A stretch of 33,879 bases of DNA, from positions 1-33,879 of IMG/VR virus record IMGVR_UViG_3300033183_000115. The stretch is one strand, 5' to 3'. Shown here one piece after another: positions 1-9,075 of the stretch (positions within the stretch are counted from its first letter, which is position 1; each line of letters starts with the position of its first letter). Source of the DNA: a virus. The translations under genes and the position numbers were made by a program. The notes under the pieces are model-generated. The model was given only the letters and a program-made list of their open reading frames with translations. It did no database searches and was not told where the DNA came from.

Positions 1-50
1 ACTAACGGAGGCATGATTAGATGTGCTAAAGCGTCCACCATTGTGGGCAA
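1..50. repeat. Exact 50-nt terminal direct repeat, copy 1 (identical to 33830..33879); most likely a circular-assembly overlap
   Basis: nt 1..50 (actaacggaggcatgattagatgtgctaaagcgtccaccattgtgggcaa) are repeated letter for letter at the window end. An ORF reads in frame through the junction. Confidence 0.95.
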
Positions 51-1293
51 TATAATATACCCAAGTTGGGTTTGCGTTGGTTGAATTGTAGTTACTTGCA
101 TAACCGTCTGTATAATCCATCGTGTTACTTGCACAACTTAATGTGGGTTGTGTTCTCATTGCAGTATTAAATGAAAGGGCGTTATAAAAAGTAGTGCTGT
201 TACCGTGTCCAGCTAACGGTGAAGCTATTTGATAATAGCGTTCACACCTAGCCAACTCATCGCCATACGACCGATGTTCAAACGGCGTGGCTGTCTCGCC
301 TACTTCTAGTTGGACGCCTGTGATGTAGAAGGTGTTTGTTTCGTTAAACCAGTTTACTTGGTTAGATGTCCCAAAATGTGCAATATTTGTACTCCAAGTA
401 TTGTTAGTTGGAGCATAATAGTCAGAGCCAAAAGCTAAGTTCCAAAACAACCTGAGGCCCAAACCGTTGTCATTATCAATAGCACCACCAGCCGCTTTGA
501 TATTTGCATCTGGTGTAATTTCTATTTGCTTAAATTCCCAAGTATCAGCAGCACTTATGCTGTATTCAACATTCAAGGTGTAGGTGGTGTTGTCAAACTT
601 TTGCACTGTTATTGTGTATATGCCTGTTTTTGATGAACGCACCCAGAAAGATAGTGTTAATGTTTTGGCTGAAGCCGTACCCCAAGCTAGTTGCTGCAAG
701 TCTTGTGCTTCAATACATTGTGCAAACTGTGCATAATCAGCAGCGTCCATAGATGTATCTGTGCCGGTAACAGTTAGCTTTGCAGAATAACCAAAGCCCT
801 GTCCAGAAGGCACAGTGGCAGATTGCTCAACAGTGTATGAACCAGCAGTATATTCCCAAAACTTAAACCTATCTACAGTTTGATATGTTCCGTTGGTAAC
901 TGTTGTTGCAGCGGTGGCTCTTTGCCAAACAGTCATCGCACCGTTGATGATGAGGTTGCGGTTGCTATAAGGAGCCGCCCACGACAGCGTACCGGCACCG
1001 TCTGTAATCATCGTCTGGCCACTTGCACCATCGCCATCCGGCAGGGTGAAGGTAGTGGTCGTGGTGACGCTGCTTGGCGCTTGCAGCTTGATGCTGTTGG
1101 TGTCGGTGTCGTCCTGTAGCTTGAGAACGTCAACGCCGCTTGTGCCAGCCGCAAAGTCAGCGAGATGGCTCATCTGCTCGCGGATAGCGTTGTTCACGCC
1201 CGATGGAAGCATGCCTTCCGCCACTGAAACTCCGCCGACATCCAGATTGTTCGCGGCGGTGCTGTCGTAATCGGTGAGTTTATCTTTGGCCAT
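1..1293 (-). CDS. Tail fibre B, first 431 codons; the gene crosses the circular junction and ends at 33761 (453 aa in total)
   Basis: The ATG at 1293-1291 overlaps the TAA of fibre A (TAATG). I hand-translated the frame and it is open down to nt 1 (MAKDKLTDYDSTAANNLDVGGVSVAEGMLPSGVNNAIREQM ... YGDELARCERYYQ ... AHNGGRFSTSNHASVS). It is absent from the ORF track because it has no in-window stop. The N-terminus is paralogous to fibre A. Confidence 0.85.
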   Translation of the reverse strand, partial: MAKDKLTDYDSTAANNLDVGGVSVAEGMLPSGVNNAIREQMSHLADFAAGTSGVDVLKLQDDTDTNSIKLQAPSSVTTTTTFTLPDGDGASGQTMITDGAGTLSWAAPYSNRNLIINGAMTVWQRATAATTVTNGTYQTVDRFKFWEYTAGSYTVEQSATVPSGQGFGYSAKLTVTGTDTSMDAADYAQFAQCIEAQDLQQLAWGTASAKTLTLSFWVRSSKTGIYTITVQKFDNTTYTLNVEYSISAADTWEFKQIEITPDANIKAAGGAIDNDNGLGLRLFWNLAFGSDYYAPTNNTWSTNIAHFGTSNQVNWFNETNTFYITGVQLEVGETATPFEHRSYGDELARCERYYQIASPLAGHGNSTTFYNALSFNTAMRTQPTLSCASNTMDYTDGYASNYNSTNANPTWVYYIAHNGGRFSTSNHASVS

Positions 1294-2234
1294 TAGTTTG
1301 CCTCCAGTGCCGTGATACGGGCTTCAAGTTCCTGTATGGTTTTCACCAGCAACGGCACCAGTTTCGACTGGTCGATGCTTTGTGGAACAATGTTGCCTTC
1401 ATCATCAACTGCATCCTTAGTGCCGTTGATTGCTTCAGGCACAATGTCCTGTACCTCGTGTGCAAGGAAACCATCGACAGGAACAGCATTATCGCCATCA
1501 GCAATCCATTCAAACCTAGCTGGCTTTAGTTGCTTGAGGCGTGTGGTTGCATCCCAATCGTAAGTCACGTTGGTTTTTAGGCGGTAGTCTGATGATGTGT
1601 TGTAGGATACTGTTGTTGTATTATAAGTGATACTGCCAACCATAGACGTATTATAAGAATCATAAAACCGCATACCATATTGGGTGTAGCTTTGTGCATT
1701 ACCTCTAACTTGGATGCCGTATTGTGCGCTTGCTATAGTATAATTGTAGACAGTAAGAGCGTCACCACCACTAGGATTCGTGTCGTTAATTATTAGTCTG
1801 CCGCTGCTGTCGATGCGGAGGCGTTCTGTACTAGCACCATAAACAAGAGTAAGCGCATCTGTGCTGGCAGGAATTTCCCACTTAAAATTAGTCACTGCCG
1901 TTTGCGACATATTTAATGTGCAAGCAGAACCGTTGGCAGAATTTATTTGCATATTAGCATTTGGCGAAGTAGTCCCCACGCCGACCCGATTATTCGTGCT
2001 GTCAACGTAGAGGGTGTTGGTGTCAACTGTGAGGTCGCCGGTTACAGTCAGGCTATCAGCAGACGGGCTTTCCAGCGCCACCGCGCCAGTAGACACATCC
2101 TTCAGGTCGGCCATAACCTCGCGGATGGCGTTGTTGATGCCAGCCGGGGAACAGCCCTCGCTGATGTCGATGGACTGGATGTCGGTGTTGCTGCTGTTCG
2201 TGGCCGAATAGTCACGGATAGAGTTTTTGGCCAT
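1293..2234 (-). CDS. Tail fibre A with a C-terminal peptidase-S74-type intramolecular chaperone (self-cleaving) domain
   Basis: 313-aa track ORF with AGGAG upstream. The C-terminus (SSDYRLKTNV...ARFEW...GFLAHEVQDIVPEA...IDQSKLVPLLVKTIQELEARITALE) is the classic endosialidase/tail-fibre chaperone motif. The N-terminus (DY..T..N...EG...INNAIREVMADL) is shared with fibre B. Confidence 0.9.
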   Translation of the reverse strand: MAKNSIRDYSATNSSNTDIQSIDISEGCSPAGINNAIREVMADLKDVSTGAVALESPSADSLTVTGDLTVDTNTLYVDSTNNRVGVGTTSPNANMQINSANGSACTLNMSQTAVTNFKWEIPASTDALTLVYGASTERLRIDSSGRLIINDTNPSGGDALTVYNYTIASAQYGIQVRGNAQSYTQYGMRFYDSYNTSMVGSITYNTTTVSYNTSSDYRLKTNVTYDWDATTRLKQLKPARFEWIADGDNAVPVDGFLAHEVQDIVPEAINGTKDAVDDEGNIVPQSIDQSKLVPLLVKTIQELEARITALEAN

Positions 2235-2268
2235 TCTTTTCTCCTAAAGCCTTAGCCTTTATACCACG

Positions 2269-3930
2269 TTACGGGCTGACGCGCACCGCCCGTCCGTCTG
2301 CGGTCATAGCGTATGTGACTGGATTGCCCTGCCGGTCGGTCACGGTTTCATATTTGGCGATCTGACCGCCAGCCGCCATATCTTCGATTGAGCCGGCTTG
2401 GGCGCTAGGAATAGCAGGCCTAATCTGCTGGGACAGAAGGCCAGCCGTTGCAGGTGCGCGTAGGCCAGCCGCCGCCAACGGTATAGCGGCGCGCTTCATG
2501 CCAAACTGACCAAGCCTTGTGGTTGCGCCGCGACCAAGTATGCCACCAGCCAAGCCCAGCAAAGCGCCTTCTGGCGACATATCGCCGGGGGCGCCGACAA
2601 GCGCACCGCCACCGCCGTATAAAGCGGCGCCGGTTAGCAGACGACCTGCGGTGCCGCTGTCCGGCAAGGATGGGCCGATAATGCGCTGCGCCATTTCGAT
2701 GGGGCGCTGCATACGTCCCTCGCCAGCCGCAAGCCTACCAAGGCCGGCTGCGCCAGCTTTACGCTCCTCGGCTCTAACGGCTGACATTGCTTGCGCCGGA
2801 GTAAATACGCCCTCCATAGCTTTCGCCTGCGCTGCCCTTAACGGCACAAACTGTGAGTAAGCCCTATTGGTGCGCTGTAGCAGGTCTTTGTTTGCCGGGG
2901 AATATTTAGCAATCAAATCCATCATGCTGACGTCTAACTCAGTCAGCGCGTCGGCTATTTTTCCGTCTATTGGGTCTGTGCTTTTGCCAAAGCGCATAGC
3001 CTCTTGGCCTATTTTCTTTTGAATGTCTTGGATAGCTTCGCCTGTCAGCTTACCGTCTTTGACGCGACCCAAAACTTGCTGGATGACGGTGTTCTCAAAG
3101 TCAGCAGCTTTTTTCTCACCAGCCATTCCGGCGCTTTGTTTTGCTGATGCAACAATAGACGACAGGTCATCCAAAAGATCGTCAGACACGTCTATCTCTA
3201 CACCATCTAACGCCTGCTTGTACTTTTGGTTGAAGATGTCGCGCGCCTTGCTGAAGGCAAGACGTGGTGATGTGTCTTTTGGCAGCTCCACGCCAAGTGG
3301 CTTCAGGGCGCGGTTATACATAAACACTGGAAATGCCTTCATGCCGCGCTCTTGTTGTGCGCGTATGCCGCCGCCGATAAACGGCATAGAGGTTAGTGCC
3401 TCCTCTGCCCTTTTCAGGCCGGGGTAATATTGCCCTACGGTTAACGGTATTTTTTTGCCTAGCGCCTTAGCCTGACGCGACACAACTGGGGCTAACGCCT
3501 CGCCGCCAACACCTAATGCGCCGCCAAGCGCCGCGCTTGCAGGAACATCTGCCATTTCTTCTGCTGCGCCGGCACCATAAGCCGCGCCGCCTAAGCCTGC
3601 TTGTTTCAGTGCGCCCTGTATTCCAAGCCGCCCCAATGTCCTAGCCGCGCCTACGCCACTTGGTATGCTAGATAGGATTTCGGTGCCGTAAGCCTCAACA
3701 GGGAAGTCAGACCGAAACTTCTCCAGCTCGGACCGTATTCTGTCGCGCTCTTGCTTGTAGGTTTTGTCACCAATCGCGCTGCGGATAAACGCCTCAAGCT
3801 CGTCAGCGGTGCCAAACGTAATGCCTTGAGCCGCAGAGCGACCAAGGCCAGCAAAGTATTCTAGCGTGAAGCGTTCAGCTTCTGGGGCTGTTGGTTGCGA
3901 CGTCATTCCGCCTACGGGTTTCAGTGCCAT
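2269..3930 (-). CDS. Internal virion / ejection-like protein (553 aa, Gly/Ala-rich)
   Basis: Track ORF, last of three consecutive large Gly/Ala-rich proteins just upstream of the fibres. This is the position held by ejection proteins in P22-like podoviruses. No motif was recognised. Confidence 0.75.
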   Translation of the reverse strand: MALKPVGGMTSQPTAPEAERFTLEYFAGLGRSAAQGITFGTADELEAFIRSAIGDKTYKQERDRIRSELEKFRSDFPVEAYGTEILSSIPSGVGAARTLGRLGIQGALKQAGLGGAAYGAGAAEEMADVPASAALGGALGVGGEALAPVVSRQAKALGKKIPLTVGQYYPGLKRAEEALTSMPFIGGGIRAQQERGMKAFPVFMYNRALKPLGVELPKDTSPRLAFSKARDIFNQKYKQALDGVEIDVSDDLLDDLSSIVASAKQSAGMAGEKKAADFENTVIQQVLGRVKDGKLTGEAIQDIQKKIGQEAMRFGKSTDPIDGKIADALTELDVSMMDLIAKYSPANKDLLQRTNRAYSQFVPLRAAQAKAMEGVFTPAQAMSAVRAEERKAGAAGLGRLAAGEGRMQRPIEMAQRIIGPSLPDSGTAGRLLTGAALYGGGGALVGAPGDMSPEGALLGLAGGILGRGATTRLGQFGMKRAAIPLAAAGLRAPATAGLLSQQIRPAIPSAQAGSIEDMAAGGQIAKYETVTDRQGNPVTYAMTADGRAVRVSP

Positions 3931-3933
3931 CTA

Positions 3934-5055
3934 TCAGTCCTCAACAAATAACTGTCCGCCAATCATCACATAAGTGCCTTTTGGCAGGTTTGCGGCTTGA
4001 GCCTCGCGCATTGATGCAAAACTTGTGTAAGGGCGCGCAAGCGACCCTGTTTTCGGTAATCTGCTCAAGACAACTTTTTTCGGGTCTAGGCCGTAAGCCT
4101 CTGACAGATTTGTGTATCTGCCTTCAACAGACTTCTGCATATCAAGATAAGGCTGGAACTGTGTGCGTGCGGCAGTCACAAAATCGTTTCTGACGTCTTG
4201 CGACAAACGCTGACCTTCGACCACTTTATTGTAGAGGTTTCTAAGTTTAGAGCCAATTCCACCGGCATTTTCTGCCGTTGCGAACTCACCCTCTCTGACG
4301 ACAGATGTCGGGTCGATGACTTTCATGTAACCAAAAATCAAAGCAATGTCCGTTGCGCCAGTTGGCTCATCTGCCATTGCCGCTTTTTGAACCTTCTCAA
4401 AACCAAGCAGCGCTTCATCAAAAGTCTTGGCTTGCTTATCGAACTCGCCGCGAAGCTGCTTCTCGTTTCCAAACGCTTCTTTGCCAGCCGCACCAGCAAT
4501 CTCACGCTCTTTTTGTGCGAACTGCATCAGCTTTAGCTTCTGCTCAAACGCCGCAGCATCCTGCTTGCGCTTCGCTTCTAAGCCAGCAGCGTATGCCTTT
4601 TGCGCCGCGCTACCCATAGCCGCAATGCCCTGACCAAACGTGACGGGTGTTGGCGACCAACCGCCGGCAGCTAGGCCAGCCAAAGACGCCTGCGTGATGG
4701 CCTGACCAGTTGGCGACATCAGGTCGGCGCTAAACGCCTCACCAAGGCTGCTTGGCAGTCCGCCGGCACCTGCACCAACCCCAGCACCACCAGCGGCCGC
4801 CTGTGCGGCTCCTGCGGGTGTTGTGGGTGCTGCTTGTGCTTGGTTCTTTTGCATTGCCGATTGAGCTGCGCGCTGGAGCATAGGAAGTATAAACGGACGC
4901 GTAATAGGCGCAGCAGATGTTGGAGGCTTTGGCCGCACTAGTGACATTCGCGGCGTCACACCATACGGCGTTTGGTATTGCTGCATCATGTTGGCTTGCG
5001 GCATTGGGCCTGTGCCGTATCCTTGACTAAATATGCTGCGATAGTTTCTGCTCAT
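3934..5055 (-). CDS. Internal virion / ejection-like protein (373 aa)
   Basis: I trimmed the 524-aa track ORF to the internal ATG at 5055 (MSRNYRS...). That start is preceded by GGGGTAGAG and lies 4 nt after the upstream stop. The longer version would overlap the 5060..5803 gene by about 450 nt and gives an Arg-rich nonsense-like N-terminus. Confidence 0.75.
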   Translation of the reverse strand: MSRNYRSIFSQGYGTGPMPQANMMQQYQTPYGVTPRMSLVRPKPPTSAAPITRPFILPMLQRAAQSAMQKNQAQAAPTTPAGAAQAAAGGAGVGAGAGGLPSSLGEAFSADLMSPTGQAITQASLAGLAAGGWSPTPVTFGQGIAAMGSAAQKAYAAGLEAKRKQDAAAFEQKLKLMQFAQKEREIAGAAGKEAFGNEKQLRGEFDKQAKTFDEALLGFEKVQKAAMADEPTGATDIALIFGYMKVIDPTSVVREGEFATAENAGGIGSKLRNLYNKVVEGQRLSQDVRNDFVTAARTQFQPYLDMQKSVEGRYTNLSEAYGLDPKKVVLSRLPKTGSLARPYTSFASMREAQAANLPKGTYVMIGGQLFVED

Positions 5056-5059
5056 ATCT

Positions 5060-5803
5060 CTACCCCAACAGTCCCAGTAAGCCGCCACCCAAGGCGCCAA
5101 GCCCTTTGCTAAAACCAAGCTGACCGGCAAGCTGTGCGCCACCAAGAGCGCCACCCAAAGCCGAAACGCCCGGTTGCCGGAAGTAAGGCGTAACCGTGTC
5201 GCGGCCAATCGTGCCACCTTGAATAGCCGCCATATAGTTGGCGAGAGAGCTAAGGGGCTGGGCTTGCTCAAAGTTGAAGCGATCAATGTCAGCTTGCAGT
5301 TCGGCCTGCGACTGCGCCTCGCGTGCCGCACCAACATCTGCCAGCGTGCCGAGGTCTGCATAACCGAACTCACGGGCAGCCGGCGCTTGCGCGATTGCTG
5401 CTTGCTGTGCTTGATAGGCAATAGGCGCCAGCGCTTGGCCAAGGGCCGCCTGCTGGTAGCCAGAGCCGTAACGGCCTGCTTTTGCTGCTTGTGCCTGAAC
5501 CGCCTCAATCGCTGGCTTAAACGCTGCGGCCATCAGTGGGTTTGTGCCGGTCAGGTTCTGCATGACAACGTCCTGAACAGCAGGAATAAAGCCAGAACCA
5601 GTTGTCGCCATCTGACGTGCGCCAGCCAGTGCCATCTCTGTTTCAGGCGCAAAGCCTACAGTCGTCTGACCGGGGTAATAGGTGGGCTGGTCGCTGTATA
5701 GCCGCTTGGCCTCTGACAAGCCGTACTCGATAAATGGCTTTGCGTATTCTGGTGGGCCTACGCTTTGGGTAACTGTCCTAGTTTGTCCGCCGCCTTTAGA
5801 CAT
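5060..5803 (-). CDS. Internal virion / ejection-like protein (247 aa), C-terminus GGGLLGLLG
   Basis: Track ORF with Gly/Ala/Gln-rich composition. It is the first of the three-gene ejection-like set. Confidence 0.75.
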   Translation of the reverse strand: MSKGGGQTRTVTQSVGPPEYAKPFIEYGLSEAKRLYSDQPTYYPGQTTVGFAPETEMALAGARQMATTGSGFIPAVQDVVMQNLTGTNPLMAAAFKPAIEAVQAQAAKAGRYGSGYQQAALGQALAPIAYQAQQAAIAQAPAAREFGYADLGTLADVGAAREAQSQAELQADIDRFNFEQAQPLSSLANYMAAIQGGTIGRDTVTPYFRQPGVSALGGALGGAQLAGQLGFSKGLGALGGGLLGLLG

Positions 5804-6197
5804 CGCTTATATCCTTTACCAAAACCACCGACGTGGCGGTGTAATCTTTGAGCTGACGCTGCCAGCCTTTTCTGCCTACAATCTCCATCCCGTCACAGCC
5901 AATCGACTTGGCCCAGACCGCGATAGACTTTTCCGCCTGCATCAGCTCGTCAAGCTCGCCGCCGGCTAACCATATGCGGCACACTGATCTCTGTGGGTAG
6001 TCCACTATTTCCGTAATAATAGCAGACTTCTCCAGCGGAAAAAACTGTGCCTTCCCAGACGCGACCGCGTGGTACACATCGTCGATTGTGTGGGTGCCGC
6101 CAGCGTATTGCAGCGCATCCTGTATGTACTTGCCGCATCTTTGCCAGTTTTCGAGCAATCTGTTCTCACCCGATAATAAGGTAGGCGAATGGTGCAT
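5796..6197 (-). CDS. Conserved hypothetical protein (about 133 aa); start uncertain
   Basis: The track ORF 5796..6287 overlaps the upstream gene heavily. An internal ATG at 6197 (MHHSPTLLSG...) or a TTG near 6158 is more plausible. The motif ...AQFFP...ITEIVDYP...IWLAGGELDEL...WAKSIGCDGMEIVGRKGW resembles a recurrent phage family of unknown function. Confidence 0.6.
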   Translation of the reverse strand: MHHSPTLLSGENRLLENWQRCGKYIQDALQYAGGTHTIDDVYHAVASGKAQFFPLEKSAIITEIVDYPQRSVCRIWLAGGELDELMQAEKSIAVWAKSIGCDGMEIVGRKGWQRQLKDYTATSVVLVKDISDV

Positions 6198-6489
6198 CGT
6201 GTCCCTGATTGTCGTGGTTGATAACCATCGTGCCTTTAGTGCTTGTGCCGTCAATATACGGATTGTGGTGCCAAGGGTCGTGGTCAACGCCGGTGAAAAA
6301 CACCAAGCTAGATGTTGAATAGCGCGGATCTTGCACGGTCGTCTGCGTTGTGTTTGCCGGAAATGTCACATACCCGACGCTGTTTAAGCCGCCGTTAATC
6401 GTGCGGTTTAGAACTTCGGCAATCTCGCGTGTTGTAGCCGTGACAGGGTTTAACGTGCGAAAGTTAGTTGTGCGCTGCTCAATAGTCAT
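6166..6489 (-). CDS. Small structural-module protein (107 aa)
   Basis: Track ORF with an ATGA overlap to the upstream gene at 6486..6489. Confidence 0.7.
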   Translation of the reverse strand: MTIEQRTTNFRTLNPVTATTREIAEVLNRTINGGLNSVGYVTFPANTTQTTVQDPRYSTSSLVFFTGVDHDPWHHNPYIDGTSTKGTMVINHDNQGHDAPFAYLIIG

Positions 6490-7949
6490 CGTCTACCTAC
6501 CGCCCTCACATCAATATCGACACCGTGCGCGTATGACCAATCGCCGGTCAGCTCCATCTTGACGCGGTGGTATCTGTCATGTGCCCTAAACGGCACAAAG
6601 CCTGACGTGTTTGTGTTTCCGCCAGAAACGTAGTTAACCAAGTCCGTCGGCGTGCCGCGCAAACCTACAGACATAGAAACTGTGCCACCCTCGTGATATG
6701 GGTAGACGCGCGTAATGATAGCGTGATTTCCGACCTGAACAGCGGCCTCGCCTGTTGTGACTGTGGCGGCTATGGGGTCGCCGGAAAAAGCATAAATATT
6801 CGCACCATACGCGCCGCCAAACAAAAACTGACCGCCCTTATACAGGGCGCTATCAAGTGACGCTGGCAGCGCGTCTATGCTGGTGCTGATGTTGTCCAAA
6901 TCTTCGAGTGTATAGCCGGGCGTAAAGAACGGCGCGATCAAATCGTTTTTGACATTCGCCAAAGACCAGCGGTTCAGAGCGTAGTTAAATATCAGCAGCC
7001 GGTCAGGCGTGCCATCAATCGAACTGTTAGACACATACGACCAGACTGCGATTTGGTTCTGTGGGTCTACCGTCGAGGTCATTTTGTCCTTGTAGGAGAT
7101 GTTGAAGTCTTCCGTGAGGAACCATCTGTTTACCTTCTCGGCACCGATTGGCTGGCTTCTAGTGCCGTCAAACATATAGAAGCCGTCATCTGATAGGTAA
7201 AACACCATATGGCCGATGTTGCAAACCGACCCCGGCACCTGACAGCCTCTAGCCGTCTCGACCTTATCAAACTGCCAGATAAGCGGCGGGCCTGAATAGG
7301 TGGCGCGGACAATAGCACGCTCCATCAGGATCGTGCAGTATTCCCCGCCGACCATCCCGGTAATCGCGCCGGCGTCCGGGATTTCCTGATAGTCACTTTG
7401 ATCCGTGCCAGCGGTCCAGCTTGTGATGTCGTTAAAACCTGACCAACGCACCTTGTACGGCACGCGTCCTGACCCTTCGTCAATATTCGCAGTCCACACA
7501 AAGTCACGCACCACCGCTATGTAGTCAGCCTTTGGTGGCGTGCCAGATAAATCAGAAAACACGCTATCGACGCCAAGCTGGAATTTTTGCAGTTCTTCGC
7601 CAGTGCCGCCAGACGCAATAACTGTGTCGCCAAATTGCACAAACCGCCAACGCTCGCCGCTAGACAAATCATAGGCTGGCGTGCCTGCCTTGCTTATGTC
7701 GTCGAGGCCACTGGTTCCGGCGTTAAATGAGTAGAGCTTCGCGCTATCGCCAGCAAACAGCTTCACCGACCCATCATTCTGTTTAGCCGCAAAGATGTTT
7801 AGTATCGTGTTTGACGCGGCAGTCGAATATTGCACAAAACCGGGCATGCTGCGGTATCCGTTGGCCGCAGGTATGACGTTAAGCGCCTCAACGACGCCAG
7901 CATTTGAAAAGTCCGGCTGATCCGGCAGCCACTCGCCAAACGTAATCAT
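6486..7949 (-). CDS. Tail hub / tail tubular-type protein (487 aa; in the position of P22 gp10-like proteins)
   Basis: I trimmed the track ORF to the ATG at 7949 (MITFGEWLPDQPDFSNAGV...), which forms an ATGA overlap with the upstream stop. The call rests on size and position between adaptor and ejection proteins. Confidence 0.65.
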   Translation of the reverse strand: MITFGEWLPDQPDFSNAGVVEALNVIPAANGYRSMPGFVQYSTAASNTILNIFAAKQNDGSVKLFAGDSAKLYSFNAGTSGLDDISKAGTPAYDLSSGERWRFVQFGDTVIASGGTGEELQKFQLGVDSVFSDLSGTPPKADYIAVVRDFVWTANIDEGSGRVPYKVRWSGFNDITSWTAGTDQSDYQEIPDAGAITGMVGGEYCTILMERAIVRATYSGPPLIWQFDKVETARGCQVPGSVCNIGHMVFYLSDDGFYMFDGTRSQPIGAEKVNRWFLTEDFNISYKDKMTSTVDPQNQIAVWSYVSNSSIDGTPDRLLIFNYALNRWSLANVKNDLIAPFFTPGYTLEDLDNISTSIDALPASLDSALYKGGQFLFGGAYGANIYAFSGDPIAATVTTGEAAVQVGNHAIITRVYPYHEGGTVSMSVGLRGTPTDLVNYVSGGNTNTSGFVPFRAHDRYHRVKMELTGDWSYAHGVDIDVRAVGRR

Positions 7950-8677
7950 TGCCCTAACCAAACTCCTGTTGCGCCAGACGTGACTGTAGACCAAATCGCC
8001 GGCGTGTCTGTTATGTCAGACCAAGTAGCCGCTGTATCTGTCGTGTCGGTCCACGCTTCGCCAAGTATCTCTCCGGTGATTGTACCAGCTACGGATAGAT
8101 TTGCCGACCCAGACATAGCAAACGTGCCGACCGGCGCTGACGTTGCTGTGACTGCTGCGGTGGCTTGGCCCTCTGCTGCATAAACCAGAAACGCTTGAGC
8201 CGTAGCGTTAAACGCGACAGTGGCGGTGCCGCCGTAAGACGCAATGAATATCGCGCTTGCCGTAACGCCAGCCGCGCCGGTAACAGATGCGGCCATAGGC
8301 TGTATGCGGTTGGCGGTGCCTGTGGACGTGACGGCAACAGAGGCGGCGCCAGACATAGCCTGCACATGCTGCGGCACGGCCGTTGCCGTTACAGCCAAGG
8401 ACGCGGCACCGTCAACCTCAATCGCAAACTGAACAGCACCAGTTGCGGTCAAGGCAACTGACGCCGAGCCTTCAAACGCTTTCACCTCAAGTTGGTCAAG
8501 CGTGTCTAACGTCAGCCCATAGTTATCTAACTGCTCAAGCGTACCCCACGCGTCCAACTGCTCAAGCGTCGGGTTAGACCAGTCAACCTTGGTTAGCAGT
8601 AACGCGCTGTCCAGCGAATAGGGCAGCGCGTCAATGCTTGACGTGAAGTTGTCTAGGTGTGGAGTGCCTGTTGCCAT
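7946..8677 (-). CDS. Repeat-containing tail protein (243 aa)
   Basis: Track ORF with internal periodic G-x-A-S-[VL]-A-[VL]-T-[AS]-T-G units and TLEQLD repeats. The N-terminus (LDNFTSSIDALPYSLDSAL) duplicates a motif in the 487-aa protein. Confidence 0.7.
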   Translation of the reverse strand: MATGTPHLDNFTSSIDALPYSLDSALLLTKVDWSNPTLEQLDAWGTLEQLDNYGLTLDTLDQLEVKAFEGSASVALTATGAVQFAIEVDGAASLAVTATAVPQHVQAMSGAASVAVTSTGTANRIQPMAASVTGAAGVTASAIFIASYGGTATVAFNATAQAFLVYAAEGQATAAVTATSAPVGTFAMSGSANLSVAGTITGEILGEAWTDTTDTAATWSDITDTPAIWSTVTSGATGVWLGQ

Positions 8678-8685
8678 TACCGCCC

Positions 8686-9072
8686 CTAAGCTGCGGTGAT
8701 GTCGAGATCACCTGTCGGTATTTTCAAGATGTCGCCTGATGCGATTGTTTTGGCCGTAGTAAAGGCGCCGTGAATTAGCAGGTTGCCGGCACTGGCCGCA
8801 TCGAAGATGCCGAAGTGTGACACGCTGCCCCAGCTACCAGTTGCCGCGGCGAACTCAATCGCCGCGCTATTTGACGTGGTGCCACTCGCCGCTGCGCTAA
8901 ACGTAGCCGCCACGCGGCTGTAGTTATTGCCGGTCAGCTCGGTGCCGCTGTTGTCGTCGTTAAACGATCCGGTCGATAGGCCGACGTAAACTGCTGCTGG
9001 CATCGTGTATGACCCAACAGATAAAATATGGTCGAGAATTTCATTCTCTAAATAATCGCTCATCGCGCTCAT
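8686..9072 (-). CDS. Conserved structural-module protein (128 aa)
   Basis: Track ORF. The pattern LENEILDHIL...YVGL.T....DD.SGTEL.G..Y.R....F..A...T..N...I.F recalls a recurrent podovirus protein family. Confidence 0.7.
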   Translation of the reverse strand: MSAMSDYLENEILDHILSVGSYTMPAAVYVGLSTGSFNDDNSGTELTGNNYSRVAATFSAAASGTTSNSAAIEFAAATGSWGSVSHFGIFDAASAGNLLIHGAFTTAKTIASGDILKIPTGDLDITAA

Positions 9073-9075
9073 GCT

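Noticed and set aside
1-50. The 50-nt terminal repeat as a genuine phage direct terminal repeat.
   Set aside because: The repeat falls in the middle of a tail-fibre coding sequence that reads seamlessly through it. A 50-nt exact overlap is more typical of circular contig assembly. The sequence alone cannot fully exclude a true repeat.
3934-5508. Long 5' extensions of track ORFs: 3934..5508, 32131..32748, 6486..7994, 5796..6287, 16647..16871, 16347..16553, 22407..22682, 26914..27168, 19815..21260 and 17134..19827.
   Set aside because: The extensions overlap the upstream gene by tens to hundreds of nt. Many start at non-ATG codons and encode Arg-rich nonsense-like peptides. Internal ATGs with an RBS or TAATG/ATGA overlaps give compact, consistent gene boundaries.
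6847-8659. The duplicated segment as a diversity-generating retroelement template/variable repeat pair.
   Set aside because: No reverse transcriptase gene is present. The repeat is only about 55 nt, and the differences are not confined to adenine positions.
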